NCBI RefSeq assembly: GCF_000406145.1
Contig: NZ_CM001976.1
Location: forward strand, 927,260-959,259
Reading direction: 5' to 3'
Source: Dickeya dadantii NCPPB 898
GTDB taxonomy: Bacteria; Pseudomonadota; Gammaproteobacteria; Enterobacterales; Enterobacteriaceae
Length of the DNA stretch: 32,000 nucleotides
The notes beneath the pieces were generated by a model. That model saw nothing but the letters and a program-made list of their open reading frames with translations. It made no database searches and was not told the DNA's origin. Position numbers and translations under genes: made by a program. Shown here piece after piece: positions 18,991 through 25,909 of the stretch. Each line of letters opens with the position of its first letter. Position 1 is the stretch's first letter.

Positions 18991-19476
18991 GTTGACAAAC
19001 AGCCATGTTGTTTTATTACAGATGAATTTATGCCAGAGCAGTGGAAAGTTTCGTGCGTGATAACGTCGGTTGTTTCTTTGCAACATCATCACACGCCCGA
19101 CAAGGAGAGGTTCAACGCCACCTCTCCTTGACCACTGGCTGATGGCTAAATTATGAACCCTGACGGGTTCACCCTTGCGGGCCAGCGCAAGCGCTGTTCC
19201 ATTTTGCGTTGCAAAATGGTGTGGCGCTGCGCGCTCCCTTCGACGTTCGCCTTCGCTGTTCGAACCGCTCGTGACGTGATTACTCGCCCCATCCCTGGGG
19301 CTCGCCCTGCGGGCCAGCGTAAACGCTGTTCAAAAACGCTCCCGGCGTTTTTGTCAGACACGGCACGAGCTTGCGCGGCTTCCCTGCCGCGCATCCGGCG
19401 AAGTCGCTCGTCTCAGCACAGTTTCTGACGCCGTAAAATCCTATTGCCTGTAAATAAAAGGTTTTTTCAGCAATAT
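18991..19476 (+). repeat. Copy B of the structured intergenic repeat, with an extra ~75 bp module
   Basis: Same order of blocks as copy A. Hairpins at 19101-19130 and 19331-19353. The extra segment (~19151-19225) carries a second copy of the sub-unit CCYTGCGGGCCAGCGYAARCGSTGTTC plus hairpins gaaccc-tgac-gggttc and ccattttgc-gtt-gcaaaatgg. It occupies the divergent alkA-like/alkB promoter region. Confidence 0.8.
18992..19019 (+). promoter_or_regulatory. Sigma-70-like promoter at the 5' edge of repeat copy B
   Basis: TTGACA (18992-18997), 16 nt, TATTAC (19014-19019). Copy A has the weaker TTGATA-16-TGTTAC at the same place. Confidence 0.35.
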
Positions 19477-19580
19477 GTTTTTCTGTTTCAGATAATTATC
19501 GTGTCGTGTAAAACAACGCGGGCAAGCTGTTCATTGACCGCGTACACTCGATAATACTGGTTATTTAGACAGAGGTCTGC

Positions 19581-20234
19581 ATGAATTTCGAACTGTTTGC
19601 CGATGAGCCGCCGGAACGCCGCAATGACACGCTGGCGCCCGGCGCCATGCTGCTGCGCGGTTTTGCCTGGCAACAGGCCGGTGAGTTGCTGGCCGGGCTG
19701 GCACAGGTGACGCAGCGGTCGCCGTTTCGCCACATGGTGACGCCGGGCGGGCATACCATGTCGGTGGCGATGAGTAACTGCGGGCCGCTGGGTTGGGTGA
19801 GCGACGAACTGGGGTATCGCTACAGCGCTCAGGATCCGCTGACCGGCCAGCCGTGGCCCGCCATGCCGGCCTGCTTTTGGCAACTGGCGCAGGCGGCGGC
19901 TCGCGAGGCTGGGTATGACGGTTTTGCGCCGGATGCCTGCCTGATTAACCGGTACGCCGTGGGGGCCAAACTGTCGCTGCATCAGGACAAGGACGAGCAG
20001 GATTTGCGCCAGCCGATCGTCTCCGTCTCGCTGGGGTTAAGCGCGGTGTTTCTGTTTGGCGGGGCAAAACGCAGCGACCCGTGCCAGCGGCTGGCGCTGA
20101 TGCATGGCGATGTGGTGGTGTGGGGCGGCCCGTCCCGGCTGTATTACCACGCCATTTTGCCGCTCAAAAACGGACCGTTGCCGGCGGGAATGTCGGATGA
20201 GGTTCGCGTTAATCTAACGTTTCGTAAAGTGTGA
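19581..20234 (+). CDS. alkB: Alpha-ketoglutarate/Fe(II)-dependent DNA/RNA dealkylating dioxygenase AlkB
   Basis: 217 aa. LAPGAMLLRGFA...FRHMVTPGGHTMSVAMSNCGPLGWVSD...CLINRYAVGAKLSLHQDKDE...SLGLSAVFLFGG...RVNLTFRKV is collinear with E. coli AlkB and includes the HxD...H iron ligands. Confidence 0.93.
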   Translation: MNFELFADEPPERRNDTLAPGAMLLRGFAWQQAGELLAGLAQVTQRSPFRHMVTPGGHTMSVAMSNCGPLGWVSDELGYRYSAQDPLTGQPWPAMPACFWQLAQAAAREAGYDGFAPDACLINRYAVGAKLSLHQDKDEQDLRQPIVSVSLGLSAVFLFGGAKRSDPCQRLALMHGDVVVWGGPSRLYYHAILPLKNGPLPAGMSDEVRVNLTFRKV

Positions 20235-20237
20235 AAG

Positions 20238-20257
20238 GTCCCCCACGAGTGGGGGAC
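20238..20257. terminator. Hairpin between convergent alkB and the flavoprotein gene
   Basis: gtccccca-cgag-tgggggac, an 8-bp stem with no U tract. Confidence 0.45.
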
Positions 20258-20265
20258 GAAAGGCA

Positions 20266-21825
20266 TTACTTTTTGGTGAAGCGGAGATAATCGAGGGCGT
20301 TTTCTGCCGCCATGCGACCTGAGTTGAGGGCGAAGCCGAAGGTGCCGCCGCCCAGCAGCAGATCGTAGGTGTCGCCGTACATGCCGGCGGCGTCATTACC
20401 GGTGACGTACAGCCCCGGCACCGCATTGCCTGCCGGCGATATCGCTTCCATCTTCTCGTTGATCTTCACGCCGCCCAGTGTGCCGAGCGCGGCCGGCAGC
20501 ATTTTCACCGCGTAGAACGGGCCGGTTTTCATCGGGCGCAGGTAGTCCATGTTCTTGTTGAACACCTCGTCCCGTTTCTGTGCGGCGAAGCGGTTGTTTT
20601 CGTCAACGGTGTGTTTCAACACGCTGGCGTCGACGCCCATCTGTTTCGCCAGTTCGTCCAGCGTGGCGGCCTTGAACACAAAGCCGCGGTTTTTCTGGCT
20701 CTCTTTGGTGAACTCATCATCGAATTTCACCAGCTTGGTGTTGGCGATCACCCATTCGCCGATCGGCACATCGATGCCGTCGTTGACGAAGTGCTTGCGG
20801 GCGTCTTCGTCAAACACCGAATACATCACCCCACCGGCTTTAGCCAGCGCGTTGCCGGCGTGCGGCCAGATGATGACGATGGATTCGTCGGTGAAACGGC
20901 GGCCGTGTTGATCTATCCACAGATAAGGCTGACGAGCGGCGGCCAGCAACTGAGAGTTAGGCGCATAGTCCGGCAGGCCGGGGCGGTAGGACTGTACGAC
21001 GCCCATGCCTTCCTCTTTGGCCCCGGCTTTCCACGCCATTTTGATGCCGTCGCCGTCTTTACCGACGTTGCCCACCATGATGGTGTCCGGCACCGCCACG
21101 TATTTTTGCAGCATCTCCTTGTTGTTGGCGTAGCCGCCGGTGGCGATGATCACCGCTTTGGCGTCGATCTGGAACGGTTTGCCGTCGCTGCCTTCGGCGA
21201 TCACCCCGGCGACTTTGCCGTCCTTCATCACCAGATCTTTACCGGCGGTTTTCACCAGCGTGGTGACCTTCATATCTTTGAACTGCTCGTGGAAGGTTTT
21301 GATCAGGTGGCGGCCGTGGCCGGGGCCGTCGATCACGTGCCAGGTCAACATCCCGCCCGGTCCGCCGGGGCCGATGTATTCAAACTTGATGCCTTTGGAT
21401 TTGACCCACTCGATGGTGTCGGCGGAGCGGTTGACGAAGGCGCGCACCACAAACGGGTTCGCCATCCAGTGGCTGTATTCCATGATGGTTTTGAACGCCA
21501 TGTCCGGCGTCACCACGATGCCCTGACGTTTCTGCATGGTGCTGTTGGCGGCGAAAATGCCTTCGGCGAAGTTGCCGGTGCCGCCGACCACGCCCTGTTT
21601 TTCCAGCAACACCACGCTGGCGCCTTTCTCGGCCGCTGCCATGGTAGCGGCGGTGCCGGCCGCTCCCGCGCCGATGATCACCACGTCAGCGCTTTTGGGG
21701 AGCTCGACCGGTTTGGCCGGTTCGGCGCTTTTAGCCGGCTCGGCCGGCCCTGATGCCTGAACGGATGTGATCCCCAGAACCGAGAGGCACAAAGCCGCAA
21801 GGAGTTTTTTTCGGTATTGAACCAT
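20266..21825 (-). CDS. Sec-exported FAD-dependent oxidoreductase of the fumarate reductase / flavocytochrome c / KstD (FAD_binding_2) superfamily, without haem or FMN_bind domains
   Basis: 519 aa. Signal peptide MVQYRKKLLAALCLSVLGITSVQA, a PAEPAKSAEPAKPVELPK linker, dinucleotide fold DVVIIGAGAAGTAATMAAAEKGASVVLLEK, and C-terminal GLYVTGNDAAG...GGGTFGFALNSGRMAAE. Confidence 0.85.
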   Translation of the reverse strand: MVQYRKKLLAALCLSVLGITSVQASGPAEPAKSAEPAKPVELPKSADVVIIGAGAAGTAATMAAAEKGASVVLLEKQGVVGGTGNFAEGIFAANSTMQKRQGIVVTPDMAFKTIMEYSHWMANPFVVRAFVNRSADTIEWVKSKGIKFEYIGPGGPGGMLTWHVIDGPGHGRHLIKTFHEQFKDMKVTTLVKTAGKDLVMKDGKVAGVIAEGSDGKPFQIDAKAVIIATGGYANNKEMLQKYVAVPDTIMVGNVGKDGDGIKMAWKAGAKEEGMGVVQSYRPGLPDYAPNSQLLAAARQPYLWIDQHGRRFTDESIVIIWPHAGNALAKAGGVMYSVFDEDARKHFVNDGIDVPIGEWVIANTKLVKFDDEFTKESQKNRGFVFKAATLDELAKQMGVDASVLKHTVDENNRFAAQKRDEVFNKNMDYLRPMKTGPFYAVKMLPAALGTLGGVKINEKMEAISPAGNAVPGLYVTGNDAAGMYGDTYDLLLGGGTFGFALNSGRMAAENALDYLRFTKK

Positions 21826-21855
21826 ATTATTTTCCTTTTATTTTACGCGTGGAAT

Positions 21856-21878
21856 GACGCGCCAAACACCGGCGCGTC
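21856..21878 (-). other. Intercistronic hairpin between the FMN_bind and FAD subunit genes
   Basis: gacgcgcc-aaacacc-ggcgcgtc, an 8-bp GC stem in the 62-bp gap. No U tract follows it, and AAAGGAAAA plus the ATG of the FAD gene come next. Confidence 0.4.
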
Positions 21879-21887
21879 GCCCGGTAT

Positions 21888-22238
21888 TCATTTGGCTTTG
21901 GCTTGAGCGTAAGCCGCCTGAGATGCTTCATGCACCGCGCCGCTGGTCATGGTGGCGCCGGAGACACCGTCGACGTTGATGGTTTTTTTCTCGGTCATGG
22001 TTTTCGCCAGCTCTTTGGCGGCGTCCCCGCCTACTTCCGGGGTTTCATTGGGCGCATCGATAGTGGCTTTCTGCACCACCCCTTTGTCATCGATATCCAG
22101 AGTGACCGTCACATCACCGCCGATGCCTTGTCCGGTGGCCGAATAGGTTCCGGCTTTGAACTGACCCGCGTCTTCGGCGACGGCCGTTCCGGCGATCAGC
22201 AACAGGCAAGCCAATAATTTAATGGAATTTTTCTTCAT
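21888..22238 (-). CDS. Secreted small FMN-binding (FMN_bind) domain protein, predicted ApbE-flavinylated
   Basis: 116 aa. Signal peptide MKKNSIKLLACLLLIAGTAVA, then an FMN_bind fold with the flavinylation motif DGVSGATMTS. Confidence 0.8.
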   Translation of the reverse strand: MKKNSIKLLACLLLIAGTAVAEDAGQFKAGTYSATGQGIGGDVTVTLDIDDKGVVQKATIDAPNETPEVGGDAAKELAKTMTEKKTINVDGVSGATMTSGAVHEASQAAYAQAKAK

Positions 22239-22299
22239 AACGTGATTTCACTCTTTTGATTAACGGAATGTTGATTAATAAAAATATCCGGCTGCCCGG

Positions 22300-23679
22300 T
22301 CAGGGAGCGGGCGACAGTAATACGTTCCCGTCCTCGTGACCGAGATGACGAAACAGCAGGCAACTCAGCGCCAGTCCGACCCCGAGCAGCGCAAACAGCA
22401 GGCTGAACGGGCTGATGTGCAGCCACGGCGACAGGTGCGACAGCGCCCGCAGCGCCGGAAAGGTCAACGCCATGCTCAGCATCACCGCCAGCAGTTGGCT
22501 GAGCAGCAGGATGTTGTTGCCGCTGTTGCAGGTGTCGTGTTCCAGATGGCAGCAGGCGAGCGTGCTTTCCGCCGAGTGCAGCAGCGCCGTCAGCACGCCG
22601 AGCAGGCCGGACAGAGCGCCGATGCACGGCAGCGAGCGGTGCTGGATGGCGACACCGAGCGCCAGCACCGCGATCGCCGCCAGCAGCGTGGCGGCGATCA
22701 GCAACTGGCGGTAACCGGCGCGGCGCACCAGCGGTTCAAACAGCAGCTTGGCGAGCAAGGCGCCGGCGGAAAACAGCAGCATGATGATCCCGGCGGTAGC
22801 CGGCGTCAGACCCAGCGCGGTCTGGGTAACCAGTGAGATCACCACCGGGAGTGACGCCAGCAACAGTCTGGTCAGCACGCCGCCCCACACGCCGACATAA
22901 AAGGTGCGAATGCCGAACAGCGCGGCGGGCAGCAGCGCCTCGCGCGCCCGGCGATCGCCGCGCAGATACAGCCAGCCGCAGCCGCAGCCCGCCAGCGTAA
23001 TCAGTATCAACGCCGGTAGCGGCAGCAGGTGTTTGGGGGCGGCGACCAGCAGCAGCGCGAGCAATAACAGCGCGGTGGTCAGCGGCAGCAGGCTGCGCAG
23101 CGGAATATGGCGCGGCGACGGCGTGACGCCATCAGGAATGGCGTACCCGGTCAGCCACAGGCACAGCAACGACAGCGGAATCGGCGCGAGAAAAATCGCG
23201 CGCCAGCCGAAAGTATCGGTCAGCAGGCTACCCGCCAACGGGCCGGTCAGGGTGCCGAGCAGGCCGAGTAGCGTCATACGGTTAAGAAAAGACAGTTTCT
23301 GCGCGGGGGTGGTGACGCGCAGCGCCTGAGTGCGAAGCACCGGCAGCAACAACGCCCCGCCGATGCCTTGCAGGCAGCGACAAATCGCCAGCGCGGCGGC
23401 CGACGTGGCCTGGTTGCACAGCAGCGCGCCGGTGATGAACGTCAGCAGCGCCAACTGGCAGGTGCGTCGTTCCCCCATCCGCTGGCTCAGCCAGCTGTTG
23501 AGCGGGGTGAATGCCACCACGGCGACCAGATAAGCCATCACCACCGGCTCCATGCGCAGTACCGGCTCGCGCAGCGTATGCGCCATCGCCGGAACGGCGA
23601 CATACAGCATGGTGGTATCCAGCGATTGCATGAAGAACGCCACCGACGCCAGCCAGAATAACGCGCGCGAGCCGGCCAT
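22300..23679 (-). CDS. MFS transporter, DHA2 / MdtD-like (14-TMS type)
   Basis: 459 aa. FFMQSLDTTMLYVAVPAMA, LQGIGGALLLPV and NSGNNILLLSQLLAVMLSMA resemble E. coli MdtD. The ATG lies 2 nt after the nrfD stop (TGAtcATG). Confidence 0.85.
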   Translation of the reverse strand: MAGSRALFWLASVAFFMQSLDTTMLYVAVPAMAHTLREPVLRMEPVVMAYLVAVVAFTPLNSWLSQRMGERRTCQLALLTFITGALLCNQATSAAALAICRCLQGIGGALLLPVLRTQALRVTTPAQKLSFLNRMTLLGLLGTLTGPLAGSLLTDTFGWRAIFLAPIPLSLLCLWLTGYAIPDGVTPSPRHIPLRSLLPLTTALLLLALLLVAAPKHLLPLPALILITLAGCGCGWLYLRGDRRAREALLPAALFGIRTFYVGVWGGVLTRLLLASLPVVISLVTQTALGLTPATAGIIMLLFSAGALLAKLLFEPLVRRAGYRQLLIAATLLAAIAVLALGVAIQHRSLPCIGALSGLLGVLTALLHSAESTLACCHLEHDTCNSGNNILLLSQLLAVMLSMALTFPALRALSHLSPWLHISPFSLLFALLGVGLALSCLLFRHLGHEDGNVLLSPAP

Positions 23680-23681
23680 GA

Positions 23682-24638
23682 TCAGGCCACCGTCATCTGT
23701 CCGGCGTACAGCACGAACAGTCGCAGCAGGAATACGCCTAGTAGCGTCAGGCCGGCGGCGATCCGCGGCAGCGACGTGACATGGCGCCGCATGGCGGGCA
23801 GACTACCCGCCGCCAGCGGCACCAGCATGCCGATGCCGATAATACCGATCCAGAACACGCTGCCCCAGAATCCGCTCAGCGCCACCTGCGCCGCCACCGC
23901 TTTCTGCCCGCCGCCCAGCAGCAGGCCGATAAAGAAGGCGAACAGCAGGAACAGTTCGATCAGTGCGACCGGTTTTTCCAGTTTGTGCAGCAGATGCAGG
24001 GTCTGCGGGCAGTCACAATGGCTGCGCGCCGATGCGCCGACCATCATCAACACCGCGATGCCGGAGGTGACGCCGGACACCAGAAACAGCACCGGCAGCA
24101 CCGGGTTATTCAGCAACGGGAAGGATTTCAGCGCTGAAAGCAGAAAACCGGTATAACAGCCGAGCAGCAACGCCAGCACCAGCAGCAGATTTTCCACCGG
24201 ACGTATGCAGCGGGTTACCAGCACGATGACCCGGTTTAGCAAACCGTGCAGGGCACCCGGTAAATGGCGTTCGCTCCAGGCCAGCAACGGTTGCTGATAC
24301 AGGCTGGCAATCCAGAGGAACATCACCAGCATGTACACCTGAAACAGCATTACCCCCAGCGACATGATGGAATGGGGATTATAGAAAATCATCAGGTACC
24401 AGAAGGTGACAGGACGGGCGAGGTGGAAAATCAGGATCACCAGCCCGACTATCACCGACAGCGGCGCAACGATCGCCGTGGCGGTCATCAACGGGTTGGT
24501 GTGCTGATTCTCCGCGGGCAGGTAGCGGCGAAACAGCAGCGTCAGTACCATCATCCCGGATGAGATCCCCACCAGCAGCAGATAGACGGCGATCGGCCAG
24601 TCCCACACCAGCGAGTGAAAATGAAAGGCGTCATGCAT
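23682..24638 (-). CDS. nrfD: NrfD-family integral membrane quinol-interacting subunit
   Basis: 318 aa, the same length as E. coli NrfD. FHFHSLVWDWPIAVYLLLVGISSGM...CYTGFLLSALKSFPLLNNPVLPVLFLVSG...LRLFVLYAGQMTVA is collinear with NrfD. The start overlaps the nrfC stop (ATGCATGA). Confidence 0.9.
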   Translation of the reverse strand: MHDAFHFHSLVWDWPIAVYLLLVGISSGMMVLTLLFRRYLPAENQHTNPLMTATAIVAPLSVIVGLVILIFHLARPVTFWYLMIFYNPHSIMSLGVMLFQVYMLVMFLWIASLYQQPLLAWSERHLPGALHGLLNRVIVLVTRCIRPVENLLLVLALLLGCYTGFLLSALKSFPLLNNPVLPVLFLVSGVTSGIAVLMMVGASARSHCDCPQTLHLLHKLEKPVALIELFLLFAFFIGLLLGGGQKAVAAQVALSGFWGSVFWIGIIGIGMLVPLAAGSLPAMRRHVTSLPRIAAGLTLLGVFLLRLFVLYAGQMTVA

Positions 24639-25329
24639 GGTCGCTCTCTCCGTATTTACCGGGAATGCGGTAGAGGTTGGGGCCGGTGCCCAGATAAACT
24701 TTGCTGCGGTAGATCGGATTGCTTTTGATCATTTTCGAGATCTCGCTATCCGGATCGTTGAGATCGCCGAACACCAGCGCCTTGGTCGGGCAGATCTCGA
24801 CGCAGGCCGGTCTCTTGCCCGCCGCCAGATTGGTTTCCCGGCAGAAGTTGCACTTATCCGCCGTGTTGGTCACCGGGTTGATGAAGCGCACATGGTACGG
24901 GCAGGCGGCGATGCAGTAGCGGCAGCCGACGCAGCGCTTGTCGTTGACGTCGACAATGCCGGTCAGCGCGTCTTTGAACGAGGCGCCGGTCGGGCAAACG
25001 GAGACACAGGGCGGGTTATCACAGTGCTGGCAAGACTGACGAAAGAACTGTTTGATCGGTTTACTGCTGTCGGTGGCCGGGATATCGACGGTTTGTATGA
25101 TATCCAGCCGGGTGACGCCCTCCGGCACCTGATTGGTTTTGCGGCAGGCGGTCATGCAGGCTTTGCAGCCGATACAGCGTAGCTCGTTATGCAATATGCC
25201 GTATTTGACGGGGCGCGGGCCGGCGGCGGGCGTTGCCGTTTCCTGCGCGATCGCCGGCAAGCCGCTGCCGGAAACGGCCAGTGCGCTGCCCATAATGGCG
25301 ATAAAACGGCGTCGGGTGTAATTTTCCAT
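24631..25329 (-). CDS. nrfC: NrfC-type periplasmic 4x[4Fe-4S] ferredoxin subunit with Tat signal
   Basis: 232 aa. Twin-arginine signal MENYTRRRFIAIMGSALAVSG. Four Cys clusters: CIGCKACMTAC, CQHCDNPPCVSVCP, CVGCRYCIAACP and CNFCRE...CVEICP. Collinear with E. coli NrfC. Confidence 0.9.
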   Translation of the reverse strand: MENYTRRRFIAIMGSALAVSGSGLPAIAQETATPAAGPRPVKYGILHNELRCIGCKACMTACRKTNQVPEGVTRLDIIQTVDIPATDSSKPIKQFFRQSCQHCDNPPCVSVCPTGASFKDALTGIVDVNDKRCVGCRYCIAACPYHVRFINPVTNTADKCNFCRETNLAAGKRPACVEICPTKALVFGDLNDPDSEISKMIKSNPIYRSKVYLGTGPNLYRIPGKYGESDHA

Positions 25330-25376
25330 AAAATAACCTTTCAGAAATCGAAAATCGGCCTAGCGCAACCGATATC

Positions 25377-25452
25377 TGTTCAGCGATAACACTCGTGTTC
25401 AGTGATAAAGCTGTTTTTCAGTGATAGAACCATTTTTCAGTGATAAAGCTTT
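25377..25452. repeat. Four tandem 19-bp direct repeats (core TTCAGYGATAR) immediately upstream of nrfC; probable regulator-binding array
   Basis: Units tgttcagcgataacactcg / tgttcagtgataaagctgt / ttttcagtgatagaaccat / ttttcagtgataaagcttt. Cores start at 25379, 25398, 25417 and 25436, an exact 19-bp phase. The array lies 48-123 bp upstream of the nrfC ATG. Confidence 0.7.
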
Positions 25453-25801
25453 TTATTTTCTTACTCATGGGTATTAATGAGCGCGATAAATAACGACAAA
25501 GCCCGTGTGTCGGGAAATAAAATGTATTGGTGCGAATAATTGGAACATGCGTGCCTGGCGGGAGATGTGGCACGCCTCACATTTAATTTTTTGTATATCG
25601 GGATAAAAATAATTGCAAAAAACGATAACTGGCGCGGATAGTGTTATTATTGTCGAGACTTTTATTGTTAATGTTATTTTTGTTGTTTGTTTGTGTTATT
25701 AAAATGTCTTTTTTGATTTTTGTAATAAAACCCTTTTTTGGCCAAAATGAATAAAAATGATGTGGCGCAATAATGGATATTTCAGGTGAGTTATTTGGCC
25801 G

Positions 25802-25832
25802 GAAAATAAAAAACACCTCCAGCGAGGTGTTT
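25802..25832 (-). terminator. Rho-independent terminator of the esterase gene
   Basis: The minus strand reads aaacacctc-gctg-gaggtgttt followed by TTTTTATTTT, about 80 bp after the stop at 25910. Confidence 0.85.
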
Positions 25833-25909
25833 CAGATGTCTGACGAATCCTTTAAGTGCAACGCACAATACAACGCGGCTGTTGGTTAACAGCCACGAAC
25901 ACCAGCCAA

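Noticed and set aside
18965-19580. Ada box (AAT-N6-GCAA / AAAGCGCA) in the alkA-like/alkB intergenic region
   Set aside because: The GCAA occurrences I inspected lack an AAT at the correct distance, so no call was made.
19488-19982. 164-aa minus-strand ORF overlapping alkB
   Set aside because: It is antisense to a full-length AlkB homolog and its product is Arg/Pro-rich junk.
22207-22238. Lipoprotein lipobox (LLAC) in the FMN_bind protein signal sequence
   Set aside because: The Cys sits at residue 11, which leaves too short a hydrophobic region. A standard AVA-E signal peptidase I site at residue 21 fits better.
25519-25531. NsrR half-site-like AAAATGTATTG upstream of nrfC
   Set aside because: Only one half-site is present and there is no inverted partner at the correct spacing. 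A match like this is easy to get by chance in AT-rich DNA.
25583-25816. 77-aa ORF in the AT-rich region upstream of nrfC
   Set aside because: The product is Asn/Ile/Lys-rich and low-complexity, as expected from AT-rich non-coding DNA. There is no RBS, and it overlaps the esterase terminator.
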